From Spirochaetia bacterium (GTDB taxonomy: Bacteria > Spirochaetota > Spirochaetia > SZUA-6 > Bin103): a stretch of DNA of 64,000 nucleotides. Below, piece by piece: positions 39,377-51,630 of this stretch; position 1 is the first letter of the stretch, and each line of letters opens with the position of its first letter. The stretch is from NCBI GenBank assembly GCA_965203055.1, contig OZ241863.1, positions 2,976,001 through 3,040,000 on the forward strand, given 5' to 3'. Under the pieces are notes generated by a model that saw only the letters and a list, made by a program, of their open reading frames with translations, did not search any database and was not told where the DNA came from. The translations under genes and the position numbers were made by a program.

Positions 39377-39798
39377 CGGAGCAGTTCTTCGCCGCTGAAG
39401 AAGCAGCCGATCTCGGCGGCGGCGTTCCGGTCCGAGTCGGAACCGTGACAGCAGTTGCGCTCGATCGATTCGCCGAACCGGCGCCGGATCGTGCCCGCGG
39501 CCGCCTCGGCGGGGTTGGTGGCGCCCATGGCGCCCCGCCAGGCGGCGACCGCGTCCGGCCCCTCCAGGACCAGGGCGACGGTGGTGCCGGAGGTCATGAA
39601 CGCCACCAGGGACGCGAAGAAGGGGCGCTCGCGGTGCACGGCGTAGAACGCCTCGGCCTGCGCGCGGTTGAGATTGACGCTCTTGACCGCGGCGATCGAC
39701 AGCCCGGCGTCCAGCGCCGCGTCGATGATCTTGCCGGTCAGGCGGCGCGCGAAGGCGTCGGGTTTGATCAGCGCCAGGGTTCTTGATACATTTGCCAC
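39373..39798 (-). CDS. ndk: Nucleoside diphosphate kinase
   Basis: RTLALIKPDA, GATNP, GTIR, NCCHGSDS. Confidence 0.95.
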   Translation of the reverse strand: MANVSRTLALIKPDAFARRLTGKIIDAALDAGLSIAAVKSVNLNRAQAEAFYAVHRERPFFASLVAFMTSGTTVALVLEGPDAVAAWRGAMGATNPAEAAAGTIRRRFGESIERNCCHGSDSDRNAAAEIGCFFSGEELLR

Positions 39799-39856
39799 GC
39801 CGGTGGTATAGCACGGCCTTCACCCGTCGATCAACGAACGCCGCAGTCAACCATTT

Positions 39857-39904
39857 CAGACCATTTGGTAGGAGTGCGCGAGCGGAGTCCTACATCCTTG
39901 TAGC
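39857..39904 (+). promoter_or_regulatory. Tandem enhancer-like palindromes upstream of glnA
   Basis: CAGAC-N6-GTAGG (39857-39872) and CCTAC-N6-GTAGC (39889-39904). Confidence 0.7.
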
Positions 39905-39945
39905 TCTCGCGGCGGAACCGCCGGGCAGAAGGCGCGCTTTCGGCA

Positions 39946-39960
39946 TGGCATGGATCTTGC
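39946..39960 (+). promoter_or_regulatory. sigma54 (-24/-12) promoter of glnA
   Basis: TGGCATGGATCTTGC fits TGGCAC-N5-TTGC. Confidence 0.85.
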
Positions 39961-40010
39961 CTGCATTGTTCGACGCGGTACCCGCGTAAGCGATTCATGA
40001 GGAGGTAACA

Positions 40011-41432
40011 GTGAATCTCAAGACACCTGGCGACGTGATGAAGCTGATCGCCGAGGAAGCGGTCGAGGTGATCGACCTGCGCTTCATGGACTTTCCCGGT
40101 CTGTGGCAGCACTTCTCGATTCCGGCGCGCGAGCTCTCGGAGGACGACTTCGAGGCTGGTCTCGGCTTCGATGGTTCGAGCATCCGCGGCTGGCAGTCGA
40201 TCAACGAGTCCGACATGCTGGTCAAGCCGATCCCCGAGACCGGCTTCATCGACCCGTTCCTGGCCCGCAAGACGCTGGTCCTGATCTGCAACATTTCCGA
40301 TCCGATCACCGGCGAGGACTACACCCGCGACCCGCGCAACATCGCCCGCAAGGCGGAGGCCTACCTGCGCTCCTCGGGCGTGGCGGACATCGCCTACTTC
40401 GGCCCGGAGGCCGAGTTCTTCATCTTCGACGACGTGCGCTTCGACCAGAACGAGCACGAGGGGTACTACCACATCGACTCCGAAGAGGGGCGCTGGAACT
40501 CGGGCCGCGTGGAAAACCCCAACCTCGGCTACAAGCCGCGCTACAAGGAGGGCTACTTCCCGGTACCGCCCACCGACAGCCTGCAGGATCTGCGCAGCGA
40601 GATGATGATGACCCTGGAGAGCATCGGGGTCCTCATCGAGGCGCAGCATCACGAGGTGGCCACCGCCGGTCAGGGCGAGATCGACATGCGCTTCGCGCCA
40701 CTCGTGACCATGGCCGACAACATGCTCAAGTACAAGTACGTGGTCAAGAACACCGCCCGCCGCTACAACAAGACCGCTACCTTCATGCCCAAGCCGCTGC
40801 TCGACGACAACGGCAGCGGGATGCACACCCACATGTCGTTCTGGAAGGGCGGCAGCAACCTGTTCGCCGGCGACGGCTACGCCGGGATGTCGGAGATGGC
40901 GCTGCATGCCATCGGCGGCCTGCTGGCGCACGCGCCGGCGATCATCGCCTTCACCAATCCGACCACCAACAGCTTCAAGCGGCTGGTGCCCGGCTTCGAG
41001 GCGCCGGTGAATCTGGCCTACTCGCGCCGCAACCGCAGCGCCGCGGTGCGGCTGCCGATGTACTCCACCTCGCCCAAGGCCAAGCGCATCGAGTTCCGCT
41101 GTCCGGACGCCTCCTCCAATCCCTATCTGGGGTTCGCGGCCATGCTGATGGCGGCGGTGGACGGCATCGCCAACAAGACCCATCCCGGCGAGCCGCTGGA
41201 TCGCGATCTCTACGACCTGCCGCCGGAGGAGTTGGCCCGGGTGCCGACTACGCCGGGGTCGTTGCGCGACGCGCTGGACGCCCTCAGCAAGGACCACGAT
41301 TTTCTCCTCAAGGGCGACGTGTTCACCGAAGACGTGCTGGAGACCTGGATCGAGTACAAGATGGAGAACGAAGTGACCGCGCTCGACCTGCGGCCGCATC
41401 CGTGGGAGTTCGCCCTCTACTACGACATCTGA
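40011..41432 (+). CDS. glnA: Glutamine synthetase type I
   Basis: FDGSSI, HHEVA, TFMPKP, NGSGMH, RIEFR and the adenylylation loop DLYDLPPEE. Confidence 0.97.
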   Translation: MNLKTPGDVMKLIAEEAVEVIDLRFMDFPGLWQHFSIPARELSEDDFEAGLGFDGSSIRGWQSINESDMLVKPIPETGFIDPFLARKTLVLICNISDPITGEDYTRDPRNIARKAEAYLRSSGVADIAYFGPEAEFFIFDDVRFDQNEHEGYYHIDSEEGRWNSGRVENPNLGYKPRYKEGYFPVPPTDSLQDLRSEMMMTLESIGVLIEAQHHEVATAGQGEIDMRFAPLVTMADNMLKYKYVVKNTARRYNKTATFMPKPLLDDNGSGMHTHMSFWKGGSNLFAGDGYAGMSEMALHAIGGLLAHAPAIIAFTNPTTNSFKRLVPGFEAPVNLAYSRRNRSAAVRLPMYSTSPKAKRIEFRCPDASSNPYLGFAAMLMAAVDGIANKTHPGEPLDRDLYDLPPEELARVPTTPGSLRDALDALSKDHDFLLKGDVFTEDVLETWIEYKMENEVTALDLRPHPWEFALYYDI

Positions 41433-41548
41433 GGCAGCATCTGAGACAGCGCAGCGCCGCCGCCGGGTGAGGCCGCGCGGCGCGTTGCGCGTGGCGCGCG
41501 GCGCGCAGGTGACGCAGCCGGGCAGTACCGGTAGCCTGTGGCGTACCG

Positions 41549-44500
41549 ATGAAGCCGCCGCGCGACCTGCTCGTCAGCCAGTTGGAGGGAGTCGACGCTG
41601 CCTTCATCGACGCCCACCTGGCGCGGCTGGGAGACGACTACTACGCGGAGTTCTCGCTGCCGGAGGTGGTGGTCCAGCTCCGCGAGCTCAGCCGGCTCGA
41701 CGCCGCGCGCCCGCTGGCGGTGATGGCCGTCGCCGCGCCCCCGGACGCGCTGCATTGCACCATCCTTGCCGCCGACCACCCGGGGTTGTTTTCGCTGATC
41801 ACCGGGGTGCTCGGCGCCAGCGGATTCGCCATCGAGAGCGGGGCGGCGTATACCTATGGCGCTGCCCCGCCGGCGCCCGCGGAAGCGTCCCGGGCGGGTC
41901 TCCGCCAACTCTCCCGGCGGTCCGCCGCCGGGCATGGCGCGGCGGTCCGCCGCCGGCGGGCGCGCGCCGGACCGCCGCAACCGCGCGTGCGCCGGCTCAT
42001 CGTCGACCGCTTCCGCGGCCGCCGCGTCTCCGCGGAGGCGCGCGCCTTGAGCCTGGAAGCGTGGCGCCAGCAGCTTGAACGGCGCCTGCTGGAAGGGGTC
42101 CGCGACCTGGAGCGCGGCGCGCCGGAGGCGGCGCGGCGGCGCGTGAGCGAGCTGGTGGCGGAGACCATCCGGCGCCACTGGCCGACGCCGCCCACCCTCT
42201 ATCCGGTACAGATCGACATCGGCAATCTCGCGCCCGCGGCCGGCGGCGCGGTTACCCGCATGCGCATCGTCTCGCAGGACACGCCGCTGTTTCTGTACAG
42301 CCTCGGCGCCGCGCTGGCGCTGCGCGAGGTGTCGATCCAGCGCGTGCGGATCGCCACCAGCGGCGGGCGGGTGGAGGACCTCGTAGACGTAGTGGACCGC
42401 GCCGGCGCGCCGATCGCCGACCCCACGCTGCTCGATCAGATCAAGCTGTCGGTGCTGCTCACCAAGCAGTTCGCCTACTTCGTGGGCATGGCGCCCGACC
42501 CCTATGCCGCGCTGCTGCGCTTCGAGCAGCTCACCGAGCAGATCCTCGGGCTGCCGGAAGAGGGGCGCCTGCTCGACCTGCTGGCCGACCCCCGCATCAT
42601 GCAGGAGCTGGCGCTGCTGCTCGGCACCAGCGACTACCTGTGGGAGGATTTCATCCGCCAGCAGTTCGAGACGCTGCTGCCGATGTTGGAACAGGAGCAG
42701 GAGCACAGCTTCAGCGACGCCGCCACCGTGGCGCGACGGCTGCGCCGGACGCTGGCGGCGGCGCCGGACGCCGCCGCCAAGGTGACGGCGCTCAACGCGT
42801 TCAAGGACCGCGAGGCGTTCCTCATCGACCTGGAGCACGTCCTCAACCGCCACTCTAGCGTGCCGCAGCTCGCCGCGCGTCTGACGCGGCTGGCCGAGTG
42901 CGTGGTCAGCGCCGCGCTGGAGCTGGCCGCGGCGGCGCTGCGCCCGCAGTTCGGCATCCCGCGTACTCTGGGCGGCATCGATGCCCGCCTGGCGGTGGTG
43001 GGGCTCGGCAAGTTCGGCGGCGGCGCCCTGGGGTACGCCTCCGACATCGAGCTGATGTTCGTGTACGGCGACCAGGGTACCACCACCGGCCCGCAGCGGG
43101 TCGAAAACGGAGAATACTTCGAGCGGCTGGCGCAGGAGACCGTCAGCCGCATCAGCGCCAAGCGTGCCGGCATCTTCGAGGTCGATCTGCGCCTGCGGCC
43201 CTACGGCGCCGCGGGGCCGCGCGCGGTGAGCCTGGAGAGCTTCGCCCGCTACTACGGCCCCGGAGGCGAAGCGCTGGCCTACGAGCGGTTGGCGCTCATC
43301 CGGCTGCGCGCCGTGGCGGGCGACCGTGAGCTGGGCGCGCGCCTGGAGCGCCTGCGCGACGAACTGGTCTACCAGACCGGCGCCATACCGCTGGAGGAGG
43401 TGCACCGGATGCGCCGGCGTCAGGTAGCCGAATACGATGCCGACAGCCGGCTGAATGCCAAGTTCAGCCCCGGCACCCTGGTGGACGTGGAGTACGCGGT
43501 GCAGATGCTGCAAGTCCGCTACGGCGCGGCCCGGCCCGCGCTGCGCACCTCCGGCGTGCACCAGGCCCTCGACGAACTGGCGCGCGCCGGCATCCTGGCG
43601 CAGCTCGAAGCGGAGCAGGTGGGGGAATCCTACGACTTCTACCGCCGCCTGATAAACGCGCTGCGCATCCTGCGCGGCTCGGCGCGCGACCTCTACCTGC
43701 CGGCCGCGGGGGCGGTGGAGTACGGGCACCTGGCGCGGCGCATGGGCTATCGGGGGGATTCGGCGCTGAGCCCGGCGCAGCGGCTGCACCTGGAGCTGGA
43801 AACCCGCCGCGCCGGGGTGCGGCGCTTCATAGACTCCCATCTCGGCCACGGTTCCCTGGGTTCGGGCAGCATTACCGGCATCGCCGACCTGGTGTTGAGC
43901 CCGGCCGCGGCCGGCGCAGAGCCCGGCGCCGCGCCCGGCGCCGCGCCCGGCGCGGAGGCCGGCGCAGAGCCCGGCGCGGACCGCGGCGCCGAGCGGGTGT
44001 TGCGCCGCTTGGGATTCGCCCAACCGGAACCGGCGGCGCGCAACCTCGCGCGCCTCGCCCGGCGCGCGCCGGACCGCATGGAGTTCGCCCGCCTGGCGGT
44101 ACTGGCCGGCGACGAGCTGGCGCGGCAGTCGGACCCGGATCGGGCGCTCAACAACTGGGAACGCTACGTCGCCGCGCTCGGCGCGCCGGGACACCACTTT
44201 CGCACCTTGCTGCGCCAGCCGACGCGGCTCGAGTTGTTGATCCGCATCTTCGCCACCAGTCAGTTTCTGGCCGACGCCCTGGTGCGCAACCCGGAGCTGT
44301 TCGACTGGGTGACCGAGCCGGAGCGGCTGCGCCGCCGGCGGCGGCTGCGGGAGGTGGTGCGGGAGTTGGATGAGCGCCCTGCCTGGCCGCCTCGACTGCG
44401 CACGTTGCGGCGCCGCGAACTGCTGCGCATCGCCATCCGGGACTACTGCCTGCAGGCCCCGGTCACCGACGTGATGGGCGAGCTGTCGGTGGTCGCCGAG

Positions 44501-45442
44501 GCGTTCATCGACGCCGCGGTGCGCAAGCTGGCGGCGCGGCATGCGGAGCTGCCGCCGCGGGTGTGCATCCTGGCGTTCGGCAAGCTGGGGGCGGAGGAGC
44601 TCAACTACAGCTCGGACCTCGACCTGCTGGCGCTGTACGACGACCGCGGCCTGCCCGCCGAGCGGAGCGCGGCGCTGGCGCAGCAGGTCACCGCGCTGGC
44701 CCGCTCCCTGGGCCGGACGCTGGCGGCTCACAGCGGCGAGATGGCCAGCTACCGGGTAGACTGGCGCCTGCGCCCCTACGGCAGTTCCGGGGAACTGGCG
44801 CACTCGTTCCGGTCGCTGGCCGCCTACTACGCCGGGCCGGCCAACGACTGGGAGGTGCAGGCCCTGCTGCGCCTGCGGCCGGTCGGGGGGAACCGCGCGC
44901 TCGGCGACGCCCTGCTGCGGCAGGCGCGCGCCGCGTTCGCCCGCCTGGGGGACGATCCGGCGCAACGCGGCGCGCGCGCCTTCGCCACCATCGAGCGCCT
45001 GCGCAATCTGGCGCTGGCCGGGCAGGTCAAGCGCCGGCTCAATCAGGGCCGCGACATCAAGTCGGGAGCCGGCGGCATCCGCGACCTCGAGTTCCTGGTC
45101 CAGGGGCTGCAGCTCCAGCACCTGCTGCAGCATCCGCAGCTTGCGTGCGGCAACACCGTGCTGGCGCTCGAACGGCTGCAGCAGGCCGGGGTGCTCAGTG
45201 CGGGCAGCGCGGCCCAACTCCGGGAAGACTACCTGTTTCTGCGCCGTCTGGAGCACTTCCTGCAGGTGTTCGAGGACCGTCAGGTACACGCCCTGCCCGG
45301 CTCCGACGCCGCCCTGCGGGCGTTGGCGCGGCGCATGCTGGGGGCCGGCGCCACGGTAGCGGCGTTCAACGAACTGGTGGCGGCCGTCACCACGCGGGTC
45401 CGCGCCACCTATCTCCGGTTCGTGACCCTCTCCGGTTCGTGA
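41549..45442 (+). CDS. glnE: Glutamine synthetase adenylyltransferase with N-terminal GlnD-like ACT domains
   Basis: Two nucleotidyltransferase motifs (GKFGGGALGYASDIE, GKLGAEELNYSSDLD), two VD.RLRPYG motifs, DIKSGAGGIRDLEF; directly downstream of glnA. Confidence 0.85.
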   Translation: MKPPRDLLVSQLEGVDAAFIDAHLARLGDDYYAEFSLPEVVVQLRELSRLDAARPLAVMAVAAPPDALHCTILAADHPGLFSLITGVLGASGFAIESGAAYTYGAAPPAPAEASRAGLRQLSRRSAAGHGAAVRRRRARAGPPQPRVRRLIVDRFRGRRVSAEARALSLEAWRQQLERRLLEGVRDLERGAPEAARRRVSELVAETIRRHWPTPPTLYPVQIDIGNLAPAAGGAVTRMRIVSQDTPLFLYSLGAALALREVSIQRVRIATSGGRVEDLVDVVDRAGAPIADPTLLDQIKLSVLLTKQFAYFVGMAPDPYAALLRFEQLTEQILGLPEEGRLLDLLADPRIMQELALLLGTSDYLWEDFIRQQFETLLPMLEQEQEHSFSDAATVARRLRRTLAAAPDAAAKVTALNAFKDREAFLIDLEHVLNRHSSVPQLAARLTRLAECVVSAALELAAAALRPQFGIPRTLGGIDARLAVVGLGKFGGGALGYASDIELMFVYGDQGTTTGPQRVENGEYFERLAQETVSRISAKRAGIFEVDLRLRPYGAAGPRAVSLESFARYYGPGGEALAYERLALIRLRAVAGDRELGARLERLRDELVYQTGAIPLEEVHRMRRRQVAEYDADSRLNAKFSPGTLVDVEYAVQMLQVRYGAARPALRTSGVHQALDELARAGILAQLEAEQVGESYDFYRRLINALRILRGSARDLYLPAAGAVEYGHLARRMGYRGDSALSPAQRLHLELETRRAGVRRFIDSHLGHGSLGSGSITGIADLVLSPAAAGAEPGAAPGAAPGAEAGAEPGADRGAERVLRRLGFAQPEPAARNLARLARRAPDRMEFARLAVLAGDELARQSDPDRALNNWERYVAALGAPGHHFRTLLRQPTRLELLIRIFATSQFLADALVRNPELFDWVTEPERLRRRRRLREVVRELDERPAWPPRLRTLRRRELLRIAIRDYCLQAPVTDVMGELSVVAEAFIDAAVRKLAARHAELPPRVCILAFGKLGAEELNYSSDLDLLALYDDRGLPAERSAALAQQVTALARSLGRTLAAHSGEMASYRVDWRLRPYGSSGELAHSFRSLAAYYAGPANDWEVQALLRLRPVGGNRALGDALLRQARAAFARLGDDPAQRGARAFATIERLRNLALAGQVKRRLNQGRDIKSGAGGIRDLEFLVQGLQLQHLLQHPQLACGNTVLALERLQQAGVLSAGSAAQLREDYLFLRRLEHFLQVFEDRQVHALPGSDAALRALARRMLGAGATVAAFNELVAAVTTRVRATYLRFVTLSGS
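43911..43982 (+). repeat. Six imperfect in-frame 12-bp repeats in the GlnE interdomain linker
   Basis: ccggcgcagagc-type units encoding GAEP/GAAP/GAEA. Confidence 0.8.
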
Positions 45443-45507
45443 CCGCGCCGGTCGGACCGGCCGTTCGCGCGTCCCGATCCGACCGGCTCCCTCGTGCCGC
45501 GCCCGGG

Positions 45508-45849
45508 TCAGCCGATGGCGACCATACCCACTTCGCCGGAGCGGATGCGGATGCACTGATTGAGTTCGACCACGAAGATCTTGCCGTCGCCGATCTCGCC
45601 GGTGCGCGCCCCGCGCACGATGGCATCGATGGTGCGCTCCAGGAACTCGTCGTTCACCGCGATTTCGATACGCACCTTCTTGAGCAGGTTTACCTCGATC
45701 TGGACCCCGCGGTAGGTCTCGGTGTAGCCCATCTGTTGGCCGCAGCCCAAGGCGTTGGTAACCGACATCTTGCCAACCTCCTCCTTGAACAGCTCCTGCT
45801 TGACGTCGTTCAACTTGTGCGGCTGAACGTAGGCGATGATAAGTTTCAT
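45508..45849 (-). CDS. glnK: P-II nitrogen regulatory protein (amtB-linked, GlnK-type)
   Basis: [39 protein letters not shown]. Confidence 0.9.
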   Translation of the reverse strand: MKLIIAYVQPHKLNDVKQELFKEEVGKMSVTNALGCGQQMGYTETYRGVQIEVNLLKKVRIEIAVNDEFLERTIDAIVRGARTGEIGDGKIFVVELNQCIRIRSGEVGMVAIG

Positions 45850-45863
45850 GTTGCTTCCTCCAG

Positions 45864-47210
45864 CTAACGCGAGGTGTACACCTCGAAGTCGGTGTACGCC
45901 TCGGTGCCGTGCTCTTCGATGTCCAGGCCGCGCAGCTCCTCGTCCCGGCTGACCCGCAGACCGATGAAGGCCTTGATCGCCGCAAACAATAGCAGAGAAG
46001 CAACGAAGGTCCAGACGAACACTGCCGCCACGCCGACGATCTGCACGCCCAACTGGCCGAAACCGCCGCCGAAGAACAGGCCGTTGACTCCGCCGAACTG
46101 TTCGTGCGCGAACAGGCCGACCGCAATGGTCCCCCAGGCGCCGACCACGCCGTGCGCGGAGACCGCGCCCACCGGATCGTCCACCTTCAGCACCCGGTCG
46201 ATGAACTGCGCCGACAGCACCACCAGCACGCCGCCCAGGAAGCCGACGATCACCGCGCTGCCCGGCGCCAGATTGGCGCAGCCGGCGGTAATCGCGACCA
46301 GCCCGGCGATGGCGCCGTTCAGGGCGAAGGTGGGGTCGGGCTTGCCGGAGATGATCCAGGCCACGATCAGCGCGCCGACCACGCCCGCGGCCGCAGCCAG
46401 GTTGGTGGTGACCGCGATGGCGGCGATGGAGAGGTCGGTGCCGGCCACCGTGCTGCCGGCGTTGAAGCCGAACCAGCCGAACCACAACAGGAATACGCCG
46501 AGCGCCGCCAGCGGCACGTTGTGCCCCTGGATCGCGTTCACCAGCACCGTGCCGCGCGCGCCGTTGGCGCCGTTCCTGATGTACTTGCCTTCGCGCGCTC
46601 CCAGGACGATGGCGCCGGCCAGTCCGGCCCAGCCGCCGACGGAATGCACCACGGTGGAGCCGGCGAAGTCCATCACCCCGTTCGCGCCCAGGTTGCTGAG
46701 CCAGCCCCCGCCCCAGATCCAGTGGCCCACCACCGGATAGATCAGCGCGCTGATGAACACCGAGTAGACCAGATAGGCTTTGAACTGGGTGCGTTCGGCT
46801 ACCGCGCCGGACACGATGGTGGCGGCCGTGGCGGCAAACATCACCTGGAACACCCAGAACGTGAAGTCGGAAAATGCTTCGTCCACCACCGCGCCGGCCA
46901 GGAAGAACTTGCTGGTGCCGAACAGGCCCGCGGCGTCGGCGCCAAACATGATGCCGAAGCCGATCGCCCAGAACGCCAGCGTACCGATGGAGAAGTCCAT
47001 CAGATTCTTCATCATGATGTTGGCGGCGTTCTTGGCGCGGGTGAATCCGGTTTCGAGCATCGCGAAGCCGGCCTGCATCAGGAACACGAGCACCGCGGCC
47101 ATCAGGGTCCACACGGTGTCGATTGCCACCGCATTCGAGTTCGAGTCGGCGAAGCCGTAGACGGCGCCGAACACCAGCAGCGCTCCCGCTGCGATCAGGA
47201 AACGTCGCAT
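45864..47210 (-). CDS. amtB: Ammonium transporter
   Basis: [52 protein letters not shown] before ATG 47210. Confidence 0.95.
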   Translation of the reverse strand: MRRFLIAAGALLVFGAVYGFADSNSNAVAIDTVWTLMAAVLVFLMQAGFAMLETGFTRAKNAANIMMKNLMDFSIGTLAFWAIGFGIMFGADAAGLFGTSKFFLAGAVVDEAFSDFTFWVFQVMFAATAATIVSGAVAERTQFKAYLVYSVFISALIYPVVGHWIWGGGWLSNLGANGVMDFAGSTVVHSVGGWAGLAGAIVLGAREGKYIRNGANGARGTVLVNAIQGHNVPLAALGVFLLWFGWFGFNAGSTVAGTDLSIAAIAVTTNLAAAAGVVGALIVAWIISGKPDPTFALNGAIAGLVAITAGCANLAPGSAVIVGFLGGVLVVLSAQFIDRVLKVDDPVGAVSAHGVVGAWGTIAVGLFAHEQFGGVNGLFFGGGFGQLGVQIVGVAAVFVWTFVASLLLFAAIKAFIGLRVSRDEELRGLDIEEHGTEAYTDFEVYTSR

Positions 47211-47255
47211 TATCCAGGTCCTCCTTGACTGGGAATTGCGTTCTTTCCACCGCAA

Positions 47256-47270
47256 GCAAGGACCATGCCA
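47256..47270 (-). promoter_or_regulatory. sigma54 promoter of amtB-glnK
   Basis: Minus strand TGGCATGGTCCTTGC. Confidence 0.85.
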
Positions 47271-47323
47271 GGGAAGTGAGAAGGGGCTGACGGAGGCGGC
47301 CCGGCGGAATCGGCGCGGAGAAT

Positions 47324-47370
47324 CCTACCTGAACGTAGGGCGCCAGGCCGGATACCTACGTTGACGTCAG
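47324..47370 (-). promoter_or_regulatory. Tandem enhancer-like palindromes upstream of amtB
   Basis: CCTAC-N6-GTAGG (47324-47339) and, on the minus strand, CTGAC-N6-GTAGG (47355-47370). Confidence 0.7.
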
Positions 47371-47382
47371 TTTTTGGGCGCG

Positions 47383-48939
<1,557 letters not shown>

Positions 48940-49010
48940 ATGCTACCGGAAGGTAGTCTGATTCAACCGCATTGACAAACCGCCCGCCGATCGGCCAACA
49001 ACTCACGGTA

Positions 49011-50312
49011 ATGAATCCCATTGCCGCGGACCTCAACCATACTCTCGCCGACACCGTGCTCCCGCGCCTGCTGTCCGACTTCGGACGGCGCCTCTACTTT
49101 CCGCGCGGCGTCGTTGCCCAGACCGCCGAGGCGGCGCAGCACGCCCATCGCTTCAACGCCACGGTGGGCATCGCCACGGACGGCGTCGAACCGCTGTTCC
49201 TCGACGGAATCCGGGCCCTGGTGCCGGAACTGGCGCCCGAGGAAATCTTCGCCTACGCCCCGACCGCCGGGCTGCCGGCGCTGCGCGACGCCTGGCTGCA
49301 GGAGATGAAGCGGAAGAACCCGACCTTGCAGGAGCCGGTGTCGCGCCCGCTGGTGACCAGCGGCCTGACCCACGGCATCACCATCGCCGCCGATCTGCTG
49401 GTGGAGCGCGGCGACCGCGTCGTGGTCCCCGATCTGTTCTGGGGCAACTACCGCCTGGTATTCGAGGAGCGCCGCCAGGCGCGGCTGGAGACGGTGCCCT
49501 TCTTCGACGCCGCCGGCGGCCTGAACGTGGCGGCGCTGGCCGCGGCGCTGGCGCGCGCGCCCGCCGGCGGCAAGGTGGTGCTGCTCCTCAACTTCCCCAA
49601 CAACCCCACCGGCTACACCCCGACCGAAGCCGAGATGGAGGCGCTCGCCGCCGCCTTGCGGGCCACCGCCGAGCGCGGGGTGGCGCTGGCCGTGATCTGC
49701 GACGACGCCTACTTCGGCCTGTTCTACGAAGCCGCGAGCTGCCACGAGTCGCTGTTCGCGCGCCTCGCCGGGGCGCACGAGCGGCTGCTGGCGGTAAAGG
49801 TGGATGGCGCCACCAAGGAGAACTACGTGTGGGGCTTCCGGCTCGGGTTTCTCACGCTCGCCGCGCGCGGTTTGACCGCCGCCCACTTTACCGCCCTGGA
49901 GCAGAAGCTGATGGGCGCGGTGCGCTCGTCGGTGTCCAGTTCCGGCATGTTGACCCAGAGCCTGCTGCTGCGCGGCATGCGGTCGGGCAGCTATCAGGCG
50001 CAGCGCGAGGCCAACCTGGCGGCAATCGCCGCGCGCTACCGCCGGGTGCGGGAGCTCCTCGCCGCGCGCGCCGGCGCCGCCGAGCCGCTGCAGCCGCTGC
50101 CGTTCAACTCCGGGTACTTCCTCACCCTGCGCGTGGCGCACGGCGCGGCCGAGACGCTGCGCCGGGAGCTGCTGCGGCGCCGCGGCGTGGGCACCATTTC
50201 GGTGGGCGACGACTACCTGCGGGTGGCGTTCTCCACCGTGGCGTACGACGACCTGGAGGCGCTGTTCGCGGAGCTCTACGCCGCCGCGCGCGAGCTCGCG
50301 GCGAGCCGCTGA
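49011..50312 (+). CDS. PLP-dependent aminotransferase class I/II
   Basis: NATVGIA, NFPNNPTGY, DDAYFG, GATK...GFRLG, FNSGYF. Confidence 0.88.
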   Translation: MNPIAADLNHTLADTVLPRLLSDFGRRLYFPRGVVAQTAEAAQHAHRFNATVGIATDGVEPLFLDGIRALVPELAPEEIFAYAPTAGLPALRDAWLQEMKRKNPTLQEPVSRPLVTSGLTHGITIAADLLVERGDRVVVPDLFWGNYRLVFEERRQARLETVPFFDAAGGLNVAALAAALARAPAGGKVVLLLNFPNNPTGYTPTEAEMEALAAALRATAERGVALAVICDDAYFGLFYEAASCHESLFARLAGAHERLLAVKVDGATKENYVWGFRLGFLTLAARGLTAAHFTALEQKLMGAVRSSVSSSGMLTQSLLLRGMRSGSYQAQREANLAAIAARYRRVRELLAARAGAAEPLQPLPFNSGYFLTLRVAHGAAETLRRELLRRRGVGTISVGDDYLRVAFSTVAYDDLEALFAELYAAARELAASR

Positions 50313-50373
50313 CGCCGCCGCCGCCGGCGGGCGCCGCCGGGACCGGGCCGCCGGCCGTGAACGCGCCGGTGGT

Positions 50374-50402
50374 TTGACACGCCGCCGCCGCTTCGGTACT
50401 GT
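50374..50402 (+). promoter_or_regulatory. sigma70-type promoter
   Basis: TTGACA-17 nt-TACTGT. Confidence 0.55.
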
Positions 50403-50469
50403 GACCATACACTAATGGGATAACCCCGCGCCGGCCGCCCGCGGCCCGCCGGGAACGAGAGGCAACGAT

Positions 50470-51585
<1,116 letters not shown>

Positions 51586-51630
51586 CGCGGCCGGGAGGGC
51601 AGCAAGCGCAGCGGACTTTGAGGGATTGCT

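Noticed and set aside
41420..46126. 1568-aa minus-strand ORF and other long antisense ORFs (e.g. 22146-24890, 14557-17163, 52988-55219)
   Set aside because: These are shadow ORFs opposite well-supported genes, expected in high-GC DNA, and have no recognisable motifs.
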